A stretch of 64,000 nt of DNA from Macrostomum hystrix. Taxonomy: Eukaryota; Animalia; Platyhelminthes. The notes below the pieces were generated by a model, which was given only the letters and a program-made list of their open reading frames with translations, ran no database searches and was not told the origin of the DNA. Position 1 is the first letter of the stretch, and each line of letters begins with the position of its first letter. The stretch lies in assembly GCA_950097015.1 (NCBI GenBank), contig CATNEN010000025.1, positions 3,906,001 to 3,970,000 of the forward strand, in the 5' to 3' direction. The position numbers and the translations under genes are program-made. Positions 15,001 to 29,183 of this stretch are shown one piece after another.

Positions 15001-18000
15001 GGAGATTAGACTCGACTCATTGGTGGGAGATTAGACTCAACTCATTGGGTGGGAGATTAGACTCGACTCATTGAGTGGGAGATTAGACTCGACTAATTGG
15101 GTGGGAGATTAGACTCGACTCATTGGGTGGGGGATTAGACTCGACTCATTGGTGGGAGATAAGATTCGACTCATTGGATGGGAGATTAGACTCGACTCAT
15201 TGGGTGGGAGATTAGACTCGACTCATTGGGTGGGAGATTAGACTCGACTCATTGGGTGGGAGATTAGACTCGACTCATTGGGTGGGAGATTAGACTCGAC
15301 TCATTGGGTGGGAGATTAGACTCGACTCATTGGGTGGGGGATTAGACTCGACTCATTGGGTGGGAGATTAGACTCGACTCATTGGTGGGAGATTAGATTC
15401 GACTCATTGGATGGGAGATTAGACTCGGCTCATTGGTGGGAGATAAGATTCGACTCATTGGATGGGAGATTAGACTCGACTCATTGGGTGGGAGATTAGA
15501 CTCGGCTCATTGGTGGGAGATAAGATTCGACTCATTGGATGGGAGATTAGAGTCGACTCATTGAGTGGGAGATTAGACTCGACTCATTGGGTGGGAGATT
15601 AGACTCGACTCATTGGGTGGGGGATTAGACTCGACTCATTGGTGGGAGATAAGATTCGACTCATTGGGTGGGAGATTAGACTCGACTCATTGGGTGGGAG
15701 ATTAGACTCGAATCATTGGGTGGGGGATTAGACTCGACTCATTGGGTGGGAGATTGGACTCGACTCATTGGGTGGGAGATTAGACTCGAATCAATGGTGG
15801 GAGATTGGACTCGACTCATTGGATGGGAGATTAGACTCGACTCATTGGGTGGGAGATTGGACTCGACTCATTGGATGGGAGATTAGACTCGACTCATTGG
15901 GTGGGAGATTAGACTCGACTCATTGGGTGGGGGATTAGACTCGACTCATTGGTGGGAGATAAGATTCGACTCATTGGATGGGAGATTAGACTCGACTCAT
16001 TGGGTGGGAGATTAGACTCGACTCATTGGTGGGAGATAAGATTCGACTCATTGGGTGGGAGATTAGACTCGACTCATTGGTGGGAGATAAGATTCGACTC
16101 ATTGGATGGGAGATTAGACTCGGCTCATTGGTGGGAGATAAGATTCGACTCATTGGATGGGAGATTAGACTCGACTCATTGGGTGGGAGATTAGACTCGG
16201 CTCATTGGTGGGAGATAAGACTCGACTCATTGGGTGGGAGATTAGACTCGACTCATTGGTGGGAGATAAGATTCGACTCATTGGTGGGAGATAAGATTCG
16301 ACTCATTGGATGGGAGATTAGATTCGACTCATTGGGTGGGAGATTAGACTCGAATCAATGGTGGGAGATTGGACTCGACTCATTGGGTGGGAGATTAGAC
16401 TCGACTCATTGGGTGGGAGATTAGATTCGAATCAATGGTGGGAGATTAGACTCGACTCATTGGGTGGGAGATTAGACTCGACTCATTGGGTGGGGGATTA
16501 GACTCGACTCATTGGTGGGAGATAAGATTCGACTCATTGAATGGGAGATTAGACTCGACTCATTGGGTGGGAGATTAGACTCGACTCATTGGGTGGGAGA
16601 TTAGACTCGACTCATTGGGTGGGAGATTAGACTCGACTCATTGGGTGGGAGATTAGACTCGACTCATTGGTGGGAGATAAGATTCGACTCATTGGATGGG
16701 AGATTAGACTCGACTCATTGGGTGGGAGATTAGACTCGACTCATTGGGTGGGAGATTAGACTCGACTCATTGGGTGGGAGATTAGACTCGACTCATTGGG
16801 TGGGAGATTAGACTCGACTCATTGGGTGGGAGATTAGACTCGACTCATTGGGTGGGAGATTAGACTCGACTCATTGGGTGGGGGATTAGACTCGACTCAT
16901 TGGGTGGGAGATTAGACTCGACTCATTGGTGGGAGATTAGATTCGACTCATTGGATGGGAGATTAGACTCGACTCATTGGGTGGGAGATTAGACTCGACT
17001 CATTGGGTGGGGGATTAGACTCGACTCATTGGTGGGAGATAAGATTCGACTCATTGGATGGGAGATTAGACTCGACTCATTGGGTGGGAGATTAGACTCG
17101 ACTCATTGGGTGGGAGATTAGACTCGAATCATTGGATGGGAGATTAGACTCGACTCATTGGGTGGGAGATTAGACTCGACTCATTGGATGGGAGATTAGA
17201 CTCGACTCATGGGGTGGGAGATTAGACTCGACTCATTGGGTGGGAGATTAGACTCGAATCATTGGATGGGAGATTAGACTCGACTCATGGGGTGGGAGAT
17301 TAGACTCGACTCATTGGGTGGGCGATTAGACTCGACTCATTGGTGGGAGATTAGATTCGAATCATTGGTGGGAGATTAGACTCGACTCATTGGGTGGGAG
17401 ATTAGACTCGACTCATTGGGTGGGAGATTAGACTCAACTCATTGGGTGGGGGATTAGACTCGACTCATTGGTGGGAGATAAGATTCGACTCATTGGATGG
17501 GAGATTAGACTCGACTCATTGGGTGGGAGATTAGACTCGACTCATTGGTTGGAGATTAGACTCAACTCATTGGGTGGGAGATTAGACTCGACTCATTGAG
17601 TGGGAGATTAGACTCGACTCATTGGTGGGAGATTAGACTCAACTCATTGGGTGGGAGATTAGACTCGACTCATTGAGTGGGAGATTAGACTCGACTCATT
17701 GGGTGGGAGATTAGACTCGACTCATTGGGTGGGGGATTAGACTCGACTCATTGGTGGGAGATAAGATTCGACTCATTGGATGGGAGATTAGACTCGACTC
17801 ATTGGGTGGGAGATTAGACTCGACTCATTGGGTGGGAGATTAGACTCGACTCATTGGGTGGGAGATTAGACTCGACTCATTGGGTGGGAGATTAGACTCG
17901 ACTCATTGGGTGGGAGATTAGACTCGACTCATTGGGTGGGGGATTAGACTCGACTCATTGGGTGGGAGATTAGACTCGACTCATTGGTGGGAGATTAGAT

Positions 18001-21000
18001 TCGACTCATTGGATGGGAGATTAGACTCGACTCATTGGGTGGGAGATTAGACTCGACTCATTGGGTGGGGGATTAGACTCGACTCATTGGTGGGAGATAA
18101 GATTCGACTCATTGGATGGGAGATTAGACTCGACTCATTGGGTGGGAGATTAGACTCGACTCATTGGTGGGAGATAAGATTCGACTCATTGGGTGGGAGA
18201 TTAGACTCGACTCATTGGTGGGAGATAAGATTCGACTCATTGGATGGGAGATTAGACTCGGCTCATTGGTGGGAGATAAGATTCGACTCATTGGATGGGA
18301 GATTAGACTCGACTCATTGGGTGGGAGATTAGACTCGGCTCATTGGTGGGAGATAAGATTCGACTCATTGGATGGGAGATTAGAGTCGACTCATTGAGTG
18401 GGAGATTAGACTCGACTCATTGGGTGGGAGATTAGACTCGACTCATTGGGTGGGGGATTAGACTCGACTCATTGGTGGGAGATAAGATTCGACTCATTGG
18501 GTGGGAGATTAGACTCGACTCATTGGGTGGGAGATTAGACTCGAATCATTGGGTGGGGGATTAGACTCGACTCATTGGGTGGGAGATTGGACTCGACTCA
18601 TTGGGTGGGAGATTAGACTCGAATCAATGGTGGGAGATTGGACTCGACTCATTGGATGGGAGATTAGACTCGACTCATTGGGTGGGAGATTGGACTCGAC
18701 TCATTGGATGGGAGATTAGACTCGACTCATTGGGTGGGAGATTAGACTCGACTCATTGGGTGGGAGATTAGACTCGACTCATTGGGTGCGAGATTAGATT
18801 CGAATCAATGGTGGGAGATTAGACTCGACTCATTGGGTGGGAGATTAGACTCGAATCATTGGATGGGAGATTAGACTCGACTCATGGGGTGGGAGATTAG
18901 ACTCGACTCATTGGGTGGGAGATTAGACTCGAATCATTGGATGGGAGATTAGACTCGACTCATGGGGTGGGAGATTAGACTCGACTCATTGGGTGGGAGA
19001 TTAGACTCGACTCATTGGTGGGAGATTAGATTCGAATCATTGGTGGGAGATTAGACTCGACTCATTGGGTGGGAGATTAGACTCGACTCATTGGGTGGGA
19101 GATTAGACTCAACTCATTGGGTGGGGGATTAGACTCGACTCATTGGTGGGAGATAAGATTCGACTCATTGGATGGGAGATTAGACTCGACTCATTGGGTG
19201 GGAGATTAGACTCGACTCATTGGTTGGAGATTAGACTCAACTCATTGGGTGGGAGATTAGACTCGACTCATTGAGTGGGAGATTAGACTCGACTCATTGG
19301 TGGGAGATTAGACTCAACTCATTGGGTGGGAGATTAGACTCGACTCATTGAGTGGGAGATTAGACTCGACTAATTGGGTGGGAGATTAGACTCGACTCAT
19401 TGGGTGGGGGATTAGACTCGACTCATTGGTGGGAGATAAGATTCGACTCATTGGATGGGAGATTAGACTCGACTCATTGGGTGGGAGATTAGACTCGACT
19501 CATTGGGTGGGAGATTAGACTCGACTCATTGGGTGGGAGATTAGACTCGACTCATTGGGTGGGAGATTAGACTCGACTCATTGGGTGGGAGATTAGACTC
19601 GACTCATTGGGTGGGGGATTAGACTCGACTCATTGGGTGGGAGATTAGACTCGACTCATTGGTGGGAGATTAGATTCGACTCATTGGATGGGAGATTAGA
19701 CTCGGCTCATTGGTGGGAGATAAGATTCGACTCATTGGATGGGAGATTAGACTCGACTCATTGGGTGGGAGATTAGACTCGGCTCATTGGTGGGAGATAA
19801 GATTCGACTCATTGGATGGGAGATTAGAGTCGACTCATTGAGTGGGAGATTAGACTCGACTCATTGGGTGGGAGATTAGACTCGACTCATTGGGTGGGGG
19901 ATTAGACTCGACTCATTGGTGGGAGATAAGATTCGACTCATTGGGTGGGAGATTAGACTCGACTCATTGGGTGGGAGATTAGACTCGAATCATTGGGTGG
20001 GGGATTAGACTCGACTCATTGGGTGGGAGATTGGACTCGACTCATTGGGTGGGAGATTAGACTCGAATCAATGGTGGGAGATTGGACTCGACTCATTGGA
20101 TGGGAGATTAGACTCGACTCATTGGGTGGGAGATTGGACTCGACTCATTGGATGGGAGATTAGACTCGACTCATTGGGTGGGAGATTAGACTCGACTCAT
20201 TGGGTGGGGGATTAGACTCGACTCATTGGTGGGAGATAAGATTCGACTCATTGGATGGGAGATTAGACTCGACTCATTGGGTGGGAGATTAGACTCGACT
20301 CATTGGTGGGAGATAAGATTCGACTCATTGGGTGGGAGATTAGACTCGACTCATTGGTGGGAGATAAGATTCGACTCATTGGATGGGAGATTAGACTCGG
20401 CTCATTGGTGGGAGATAAGATTCGACTCATTGGATGGGAGATTAGACTCGACTCATTGGGTGGGAGATTAGACTCGGCTCATTGGTGGGAGATAAGATTC
20501 GACTCATTGGATGGGAGATTAGAGTCGACTCATTGAGTGGGAGATTAGACTCGACTCATTGGGTGGGAGATTAGACTCGACTCATTGGGTGGGGGATTAG
20601 ACTCGACTCATTGGTGGGAGATAAGATTCGACTCATTGGGTGGGAGATTAGACTCGACTCATTGGGTGGGAGATTAGACTCGAATCATTGGGTGGGGGAT
20701 TAGACTCGACTCATTGGGTGGGAGATTGGACTCGACTCATTGGGTGGGAGATTAGACTCGAATCAATGGTGGGAGATTGGACTCGACTCATTGGATGGGA
20801 GATTAGACTCGACTCATTGGGTGGGAGATTGGACTCGACTCATTGGATGGGAGATTAGACTCGACTCATTGGGTGGGAGATTAGACTCGACTCATTGGGT
20901 GGGAGATTAGACTCGACTCATTGGGTGCGAGATTAGATTCGAATCAATGGTGGGAGATTAGACTCGACTCATTGGGTGGGAGATTAGACTCGACTCATTG

Positions 21001-24000
21001 GGTGGGAGATTAGACTCGACTCATTGGGTGCGAGATTAGATTCGAATCAATGGTGGGAGATTAGACTCGACTCATTGGGTGGGAGATTAGATTCGACTCA
21101 TTGGGTGGGAGATAGACTCGACTCATTGGGTGGGAGATTAGATTCGACTCATTGGGTGGGAGATTAGACTCGAATCAATGGTGGGAGATTGGACTCGACT
21201 CATTGGGTGGGAGATTAGACTCGACTCATTGGGTGGGAGATTAGATTCGAATCAATGGTGGGAGATTAGACTCGACTCATTGGGTGGGAGATTAGACTCG
21301 ACTCATTGGGTGGGAGATTAGACTCGACTCATTGGTGGGAGATAAGATTCGACTCATTGGATGGGAGATTAGACTCGACTCATTGAGTGGGAGATTAGAC
21401 TCGACTCATTGGGTGGGAGATTAGACTCGACTCATTGGGTGGGGGATTAGACTCGACTCATTGGTGGGAGATAAGATTCGACTCATTGGGTGGGAGATTA
21501 GACTCGACTCATTGGGTGGGAGATTAGATTCGACTCATTGGGTGGGAGATTAGACTCGACTCATTGGGTGGGAGATTAGACTCGACTCATTGGGTGGGAG
21601 ATTAGACTCGACTCATTGGTGGGAGATAAGATTCGACTCATTGGATGGGAGATTAGACTCGACTCATTGGGTGGGAGATTAGACTCGACTCATTGGGTGG
21701 GAGATTAGACTCGACTCATTGGGTGGGAGATTAGACTCGAATCATTGGATGGGAGATTAGATTCGACTCATTGGGTGGGAGATTAGACTCGACTCATTGG
21801 GTGGGAGATTAGACTCGACTCATTGGGTGGGAGATTAGACTCGAATCATTGGATGGGAGATTAGACTCGACTCATTGGGTGGGAGATTAGACTCGAATCA
21901 TTGGATGGGAGATTAGACTCGACTCATGGGGTGGGAGATTAGACTCGACTCATTGGGTGGGAGATTAGACTCGAATCATTGGATGGGAGATTAGACTCGA
22001 CTCATGGGGTGGGAGATTAGACTCGACTCATTGGGTGGGAGATTAGACTCGACTCATTGGTGGGAGATTAGATTCGAATCATTGGTGGGAGATTAGACTC
22101 GACTCATTGGGTGGGAGATTAGACTCGACTCATTGGGTGGGAGATTAGACTCAACTCATTGGGTGGGGGATTAGACTCGACTCATTGGTGGGAGATAAGA
22201 TTCGACTCATTGGATGGGAGATTAGACTCGACTCATTGGGTGGGAGATTAGACTCGACTCATTGGTTGGAGATTAGACTCAACTCATTGGGTGGGAGATT
22301 AGACTCGACTCATTGAGTGGGAGATTAGACTCGACTCATTGGTGGGAGATTAGACTCAACTCATTGGGTGGGAGATTAGACTCGACTCATTGAGTGGGAG
22401 ATTAGACTCGACTAATTGGGTGGGAGATTAGACTCGACTCATTGGGTGGGGGATTAGACTCGACTCATTGGTGGGAGATAAGATTCGACTCATTGGATGG
22501 GAGATTAGACTCGACTCATTGGGTGGGAGATTAGACTCGACTCATTGGGTGGGAGATTAGACTCGACTCATTGGTGGGAGATAAGATTCGACTCATTGGA
22601 TGGGAGATTAGACTCGACTCATTGGGTGGGAGATTAGACTCGACTCATTGGGTGGGAGATTAGACTCGACTCATTGGTGGGAGATAAGATTCGACTCATT
22701 GGATGGGAGATTAGACTCGACTCATTGGTGGGAGATAAGATTCGACTCATTGGATGGGAGATTAGACTCGACTCATTGGGTGGGAGATTAGACTCGACTC
22801 ATTGGGTGGGAGATTAGACTCGACTCATTGGGTGGGAGATTAGACTCGACTCATTGGGTGGGAGATTAGACTCGACTCATTGGGTGGGAGATTAGACTCG
22901 ACTCATTGGGTGGGAGATTAGACTCGACTCATTGGGTGGGGGATTAGACTCGACTCATTGGGTGGGAGATTAGACTCGACTCATTGGTGGGAGATTAGAT
23001 TCGACTCATTGGATGGGAGATTAGACTCGACTCATTGGGTGGGAGATTAGACTCGACTCATTGGGTGGGGGATTAGACTCGACTCATTGGTGGGAGATAA
23101 GATTCGACTCATTGGATGGGAGATTAGACTCGACTCATTGGGTGGGAGATTAGACTCGACTCATTGGGTGGGAGATTAGACTCGAATCATTGGATGGGAG
23201 ATTAGACTCGACTCATTGGGTGGGAGATTAGACTCGAATCATTGGATGGGAGATTAGACTCGACTCATGGGGTGGGAGATTAGACTCGACTCATTGGGTG
23301 GGAGATTAGACTCGAATCATTGGATGGGAGATTAGACTCGACTCATGGGGTGGGAGATTAGACTCGACTCATTGGGTGGGAGATTAGACTCGACTCATTG
23401 GTGGGAGATTAGATTCGAATCATTGGTGGGAGATTAGACTCGACTCATTGGGTGGGAGATTAGACTCGACTCATTGGGTGGGAGATTAGACTCAACTCAT
23501 TGGGTGGGGGATTAGACTCGACTCATTGGTGGGAGATAAGATTCGACTCATTGGATGGGAGATTAGACTCGACTCATTGGGTGGGAGATTAGACTCGACT
23601 CATTGGTTGGAGATTAGACTCAACTCATTGGGTGGGAGATTAGACTCGACTCATTGAGTGGGAGATTAGACTCGACTCATTGGTGGGAGATTAGACTCAA
23701 CTCATTGGGTGGGAGATTAGACTCGACTCATTGAGTGGGAGATTAGACTCGACTAATTGGGTGGGAGATTAGACTCGACTCATTGGGTGGGGGATTAGAC
23801 TCGACTCATTGGTGGGAGATAAGATTCGACTCATTGGATGGGAGATTAGACTCGACTCATTGGGTGGGAGATTAGACTCGACTCATTGGGTGGGAGATTA
23901 GACTCGACTCATTGGGTGGGAGATTAGACTCGACTCATTGGGTGGGAGATTAGACTCGACTCATTGGGTGGGAGATTAGACTCGACTCATTGGGTGGGGA

Positions 24001-25838
24001 TTAGACTCGACTCATTGGGTGGGAGATTAGACTCGACTCATTGGTGGGAGATTAGATTCGACTCATTGGATGGGAGATTAGACTCGACTCATTGGGTGGG
24101 AGATTAGACTCGACTCATTGGGTGGGGGATTAGACTCGACTCATTGGTGGGAGATAAGATTCGACTCATTGGATGGGAGATTAGACTCGACTCATTGGGT
24201 GGGAGATTAGACTCGACTCATTGGTGGGAGATAAGATTCGACTCATTGGATGGGAGATTAGACTCGACTCATTGGTGGGAGATAAGATTCGACTCATTGG
24301 ATGGGAGATTAGACTCGGCTCATTGGTGGGAGATTAGACTCGACTCATTGGGTGGGAGATTAGATTCGACTCATTGGGTGGGAGATTAGACTCGACTCAT
24401 TGGGTGGGAGATTAGACTCGACTCATTGGGTGGGAGATTAGACTCGACTCATTGAGTGGGAGATAAGATTCGACTCATTGGATGGGAGATTAGACTCGAC
24501 TCATTGGGTGGGGGATTAGACTCGACTCATTGGTGGGAGATTAGACTCGACTCATTGGGTGGGAGATTAGACTCGACTCATTGGGTGGGAGATTAGACTC
24601 GACTCATTGGGTGGGGGATTAGACTCGACTCATTGGGTGGGAGATTAGACTCGAATCATTGGTGGGAGATTAGACTCGACTCATTGAGTGGGAGATTAGA
24701 CTCGACTCATTGGGTGGGAGATTAGACTCGACTCATTGGGTGGGAGATAAGACTTGACTCATTGGGTGGGGGATTAGACTCGACTCATTGGTGGGAGATA
24801 AGATTCGACTCATTGGATGGGAGATTAGACTCGACTCATTGGGTGGGAGATTAGACTCGACTCATTGGGTGGGAGATTAGACTCGACTCATTGGGTGGGA
24901 GATTAGACTCGACTCATTGGGTGGGAGATTAGACTCGACTCATTGGGTGGGAGATTAGACTCGACTCATTGGGTGGGAGATTAGACTCGACTCATTGGGT
25001 GGGGGATTAGACTCGACTCATTGGTGGGAGATAAGATTCGACTCATTGGATGGGAGATTAGACTCGACTCATTGGGTGGGAGATTAGACTCGACTCATTG
25101 GGTGGGGGATTAGACTCGACTCATTGGTGGGAGATAAGATTCGACTCATTGGATGGGAGATTAGACTCGATTCATTGGGTGGGAGATTAGACTCGACTCA
25201 TTGGTGGGAGATAAGATTCGACTCATTGGATGGGAGATTAGACTCGACTCATTGGGTGGGAGATTAGACTCGAATCATTGGATGGAGATAAGATTCGACT
25301 CATTGGATGGGAGATTAGACTCGACTCATTGGGTGGGAGATTAGACTCGACTCATTGGGTGGGAGATTAGACTCGATTCATTGGGTGGGAGATTAGACTC
25401 GACTCATTGGGTGGGAGATTAGACTCGACTCATTGGGTGGGAGATTAGACTCGACTCATTGGGTGGGGGATTAGACTCGACTCATTGGGTGGGGGATTAG
25501 ACTCGACTCATTGGTGGGAGATAAGATTCGACTCATTGGATGGGAGATTAGACTCGACTCATTGGGTGGGAGATTAGACTCGACTCATTGGGTGGGGGAT
25601 TAGACTCGACTCATTGGTGGGAGATAAGATTCGACTCATTGGATGGGAGATTAGACTCGACTCATTGGGTGGGAGATTAGACTCGAATCATTGGATGGAG
25701 ATAAGATTCGACTCATTGGATGGGAGATTAGACTCGACTCATTGGATGGGAGATAAGATTCGACTCATTGGGTGGGAGATTAGACTCGACTCATTGGGTG
25801 GGAGATTAGACTCGAATCATTGGATGGGAGATAAGATT
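1..25838 (+). repeat. Satellite DNA array, 26-bp monomer TTGGGTGGGAGATTAGACTCGACTCA (25-bp variants), with higher-order repeats; open at the window start
   Basis: About 1000 head-to-tail monomers. Variant-monomer cassettes recur at 438/2272/6097/7334/9168 and 13810/15949/18087/20226. The array ends abruptly at ~25838 into AT-rich unique DNA. Confidence 0.99.
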
Positions 25839-27091
25839 TAATTATGATTAATTGGGGAATAATAAACTTTGATTTGAGTGGAAAACCTGTGTAAAAAATC
25901 AAGAGAGAATCAAGCCAATCATAGGCCAATTTCATCCGAAATCGATTGTTTCTGTCTGAAAGAAGAGAAAGTTTTGTCAAGAGGAAAAACGGACAATGCG
26001 TGTTATTATTTAAAAAGCAGATAACCTTTTAGTTGGATAGACAGTCGAATATTGTTTTACATTACAGCCTACCTAAAGTTAGCAGATAAAAAATCGAGAA
26101 AAATAGTATGATAAAATGCTCAGAAACAAAATAGTTACTCGCAGAAACTGACCAACCTCGATTATAGCCAGTGCAATGCGGGACAGGACAATCGATAAAT
26201 TCACTGATTAATTCGTGATTCTTAATCATCAATAACTAGTCCAAATCAGAATAGTTTTTTAAAGCTCTAAAATATGCTCGTTGAAAGAAAGCCATCTACA
26301 TACGCTTATTAGTAGTATGCTTGTAAGCAAAAAAAGCACAGAAAAAAGGAAACGCGAGTAAAAAAAGAGATTATTGTGGAATATGACATGGCATCAGTAA
26401 GTATGTTGAACATTGTGCTTAGAGATGTTTAGACGGATGGACAGACAAACTGTCTTATATAAATAAGCATAAGATTCAGGAAATACTATGGACAACAAAA
26501 ATTCTGACAAAAAACGTCAATTTGCGAATTTGCGAATGAGTTCAAGTGCTGCATCAGTTTGTTATGCTGCAAATTTATCTTGTTAGCACCCAAAGAAACA
26601 ATTAAGGGTAGATAGAAAGTAAATTAATTGAAGGAAATATCATACTTGAATGAATGTTATATTCTGCAGTGGCTGGGGTCGTCATAGTTCAAGTAGCCAA
26701 GTAAAATCAAGTAGAAAGACCTCTTTCTCCCCTGGGGTGTTTCAAATGCCCGCTGCCTACTTAATGATGGCTCCCAAACGGAATGACCGATGACCGTGAA
26801 AGTCCACCATATGGATCAAAATTTTCCACCCTTTAGGAAAATTTAACCCTAATGTGCTGGATTTTCATGACGATCGGTTTAATATTTTCTCCCGGGTCTT
26901 TCTACTGTTAGTAATTTATCATAAAAAAGTCTATATCTATCAGATAAGCTTTTCGCTTATCTTGAGTCCATCGCTATTTTAGTAACTTAAGAAAAAAACA
27001 TGCACCGAAACAAGCTGCGTTTCGGGTTTGACTGCCCAGTGGGAATGGCATAAAGGCCGTTGGAAATGTATCATTAAGTGCGTCAGATCAG

Positions 27092-27262
27092 TCAGATATC
27101 GACAACCATCTTCTTATGAATCTCCAATCCGCCGACAAGTGCGCTGAATTCTTCAAACGAAATTTTTCCATCGCCGTCCTTGTCAGCGAAAATGATGGTC
27201 TTGTCCACAATCTGCTGCAGCTGCGCGTCCTTAAGATTGTTGCCAACCATCATCTTCAGAAC
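27092..27262 (-). CDS. PPP3R1: Calcineurin subunit B, coding exon 3 ([22 protein letters not shown]...[13 protein letters not shown]...KKMVVDI*)
   Basis: CAG acceptor; EF-hand 4; TGA at 27092-27094. Spliced product is 168 aa. Confidence 0.96.
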   Translation of the reverse strand, partial: VLKMMVGNNLKDAQLQQIVDKTIIFADKDGDGKISFEEFSALVGGLEIHKKMVVDI

Positions 27263-27376
27263 CTGACGGGCATTCAGTTAATAAAACTATACTTATAAAC
27301 TGACATTCCTACTATTAGAAGAGTACTTAAGGCAATTAGGGTATTACTGGCTACAAGCATTAAGTCCATGTCTCAC

Positions 27377-27511
27377 CGTAAACAGCTCGCCGTTGCTAAT
27401 GTAACCATCGTTGTCAATGTCATAGATTTTGAAAGCGAATCGCATTTTAGCCTCCTTGTTGCCGCGCACAGAGAATTGAGACACGCCGTCTATGAACTCT
27501 TTGAAGTCCAC
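27377..27511 (-). CDS. PPP3R1: Calcineurin subunit B, coding exon 2 ([15 protein letters not shown]...[13 protein letters not shown])
   Basis: CAG acceptor, 45 codons, phase 0, GTGAG donor; contains EF-hand 3 [12 protein letters not shown]. Confidence 0.97.
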
Positions 27512-27620
27512 CTGCGCCAGGATAGACAAGTCAATTGTCCATTGAGATCTCTAATATGAGATGAGCTGACCTGAATTGTACTTCTTCTAACTAGCTATTA
27601 TCCAAAGCCTTTTGGTTGTT

Positions 27621-28880
27621 ACTGTCCGTCGGTTATGACCAAATGTCCACAGGTTATACTCACTGTCCGTCGGTTATGACCAACTGTCCACAGGTTATAC
27701 CCACTGTCCGTCGGTTATGACCAACTGTCCACAGGTTATGACCAACTGTCCACAGGTTATACCCACTGTCCGTCGGTTATGACCAACTGTCCCTCGGTTA
27801 TGACCAACTGTCCCTCGGTTATGACCAACTGTCCACAAGTTATACCCACTGTCCGTCGGTTATGACCAACTGTCAACAGGTTATACTCACTGTCCGTCGG
27901 TTATGACCAAATGTCCGTCGGTAATGACCAAATGTCCACAGGTTATACTCACTGTCCGTCGGTTATGACCAAATGTCCACAGGTTATACCCACTGTTCCT
28001 CGGTTATGACCAACTGTCCACAGGTTATACCCACTGTCCCTCGGTTATGACCAAATGTCCACAGGTTATACCCACTGTTCCTCGGTTATGACCAACTGTC
28101 AACAGGTTATACTCACTGTCCGTCGGTTATGACCAAATGTCCGTCGGTAATGACCAAATGTCCACAGGTTATACTCACTGTCCGTCGGTTATGACCAAAT
28201 GTCCACAGGTTATACCCACTGTTCCTCGGTTATGACCAACTGTCCACAGGTTATACCCACTGTCCCTCGGTTATGACCAAATGTCCACAGGTTATACCCA
28301 CTGTTCCTCGGTTATGACCAACTGTCAACAGGTTATACTCACTGTCCGTCGGTTATGACCAAATGTCCGTCGGTAATGACCAAATGTCCACAGGTTATAC
28401 TCACTGTCCGTCGGTTATGACCAAATGTCCACAGGTTATACCCACTGTTCCTCGGTTATGACCAACTGTCCACAGGTTATACCCACTGTCCCTCGGTTAT
28501 GACCAAATGTCCACAGGTTATACCCACTGTTCCTCGGTTATGACCAACTGTCCACAGGTTATACCCACTGTCCCTCGGTTATGACCAACTGTCCACAGGT
28601 TATACCCACTGTCCGTCGGTTATGACCAACTGTCCACAGGTTATACCCACTGTCCGTCGGTTATGACCAACTGTCCACAGGTTATACCCACTGTCCGTCG
28701 GTTATGACCAACTGTCCACAGGTTATACCCACTGTCCCTCGGTTATGACCAACTGTCCACAGGTTATACCCACTGTCCCTCGGTTATGACCAACTGTCCA
28801 CAGGTTATACCCACTGTCCCTCGGTTATGACCAACTTTCCACAGGTTATACTCACTGTCCGTCGGTTATGACCCACTGTC
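27621..28880. repeat. Minisatellite in calcineurin B intron 1; ~41-bp unit of two related 20-21-bp subunits (CCACTGTCCGTCGGTTATGA + CCAACTGTCCACAGGTTATAC)
   Basis: About 30 tandem copies read directly, with a longer-period block repeated at ~27.87-28.5 kb. Confidence 0.97.
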
Positions 28881-28982
28881 TATCTATCAAATATAGCCAA
28901 CTGTAAGAAGAATTATTTTCATTCTCTTGCTACCATGGTGACTGAATAGTACGATAAGAATTAAGCAGTCACTAAAGCACAC

Positions 28983-29183
28983 CTCTCCATTGTGATCTGT
29001 GTCGAAGATTTCAATAACCCGTTGCACCAGCGGATTCTGCTGCAGTTCAGGCAGCGACATGAACTCGTCCACTGACAGGCTGCCGGAGCCATCGAGATCC
29101 AGCTTCTTGAAGCGCTTGCCTAGTCGTTTCAGCTCTTCCACATCGAATGTGGTGCACATGTCAACTGGCAGTGTGTTGCCCAT
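28983..29183 (-). CDS. PPP3R1: Calcineurin subunit B, coding exon 1 (MGNTLP...DTDHNGE)
   Basis: Translation [63 protein letters not shown] matches calcineurin B; Gly2 myristoylation site; 67 codons; GT donor at 28982. Confidence 0.97.

Noticed and set aside
1-25838. CRISPR-like array
   Set aside because: Monomers are contiguous with no unique spacers, there are no cas genes, and the context is eukaryotic.
438-25841. Many 60-130 aa ORFs (MVGDKIRLIGWEIRL...) in the satellite
   Set aside because: Translations of the 25/26-bp repeat, starting at non-ATG codons; no coding signal.
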